DNA of 64,000 bases. Source: an uncultured Clostridia bacterium. Lineage in GTDB: Bacteria > Bacillota > Clostridia > Oscillospirales > JAAYOS01. The stretch is taken from positions 48,571-112,570 of the forward strand of contig CANQDU010000005.1 of assembly GCA_947593925.1 (NCBI GenBank). The letters run 5' to 3'. A program made the translations under genes and the position numbers. Below are positions 63,591 to 64,000 of the stretch, in pieces (within the stretch, counting starts at the first letter, position 1; each line of letters opens with the position of its first letter). The notes beneath the pieces are model-generated. The model made no database searches, was not told the origin of the DNA, and saw only the letters and a list, made by a program, of their open reading frames with translations.

Positions 63591-64000
63591 CAGCGGTTGC
63601 GCCTCCTGAACCAGACGACGACGCCGGCGCCGAGTACCGCGACGGGCACCGCGACGCACAGCGACCAGAAGATGAACCGCGCGTCGGCCCCGGTTATCGA
63701 GAGGGCGGAGGAGGTGGCGTAGCGCGCCTCGACTATCAGCGCGTCGGCGTCCTCATTCATGAAGTTCACGGCGTGTATGAGGAGGTTGCGGTTGAGGAAG
63801 ACGTCCTGGTCTATCAGCGTGTCTCCCGCAACGCCGCTCGAGAGGAACAGTATGTTCGAGCGGTTGCCGGTGTTGTCGTTCGACTCCTCGGCGAGGACGC
63901 CGATGTAGAACGGGCCGTCCACGTCGCCCGCGGCCTTCTGGTAGCTCTGGATGTTCTCGCCCGTCCCGGTGCTCTTGCCGTAGCTCGTGGCGGTCGAGGT
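63590..64000 (-). CDS. GldG-family ABC-transporter accessory protein, C-terminal part (5' end beyond window)
   Basis: The frame is open to nt 64000. C-terminal TM FIFWSLCVAVPVAVLGAGVVVWFRRR, as in GldG-like proteins. Translationally coupled to the DUF4340 gene. Confidence 0.55.
   Translation of the reverse strand, partial: TSTATSYGKSTGTGENIQSYQKAAGDVDGPFYIGVLAEESNDNTGNRSNILFLSSGVAGDTLIDQDVFLNRNLLIHAVNFMNEDADALIVEARYATSSALSITGADARFIFWSLCVAVPVAVLGAGVVVWFRRRNR

Overview
High-GC (most genes look about 65-70% GC by eye) Gram-positive, Clostridia-like chromosome segment. That call rests on Bacillota syntenies (gdpP-rplI-dnaB, tilS-hpt-ftsH, yaaO-like/darA/holB, nifS-nifU) and on SLH-anchored surface proteins. 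I support about 52 protein genes, 2 tRNAs (Ser-GGA, Gly-CCC), 3 degraded gene fragments, several sigma-70-type promoters and intrinsic terminators, and two classes of repeats. Nearly all the long R/A/G/P-rich track ORFs are antisense artefacts of the high GC. Main finding (46.9-54.6 kb): two convergent, paralogous SLH surface-protein genes are bounded by a perfect 482-bp inverted repeat carrying the leader, RBS, signal peptide and first two SLH repeats. Only the right junction has a good promoter, ending about 9 nt outside the repeat. An intact orphan tyrosine recombinase sits 162 nt from the left arm. This reads as a 6.2-kb invertible cassette-swap switch for the exposed part of an S-layer-type protein. 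Second finding: a dispersed family of modular multi-hairpin intergenic repeats at six loci, with conserved loops and compensatory stem changes (REP/BIME-like, or a structured RNA). Smaller oddities: an ECF-type sigma factor with no canonical start codon, fused in frame to a soluble domain that has its own RBS/ATG; a low-GC 1.7-kb insert of gene debris bracketed by a 34-bp direct repeat; PPK1 with a 203-aa Pro/Thr/Ala/Glu tail; and several unusual domain fusions. Limits: no database searches or folding programs were run. All homology calls come from remembered family motifs, and GC values are hand counts of a few 60-nt lines.
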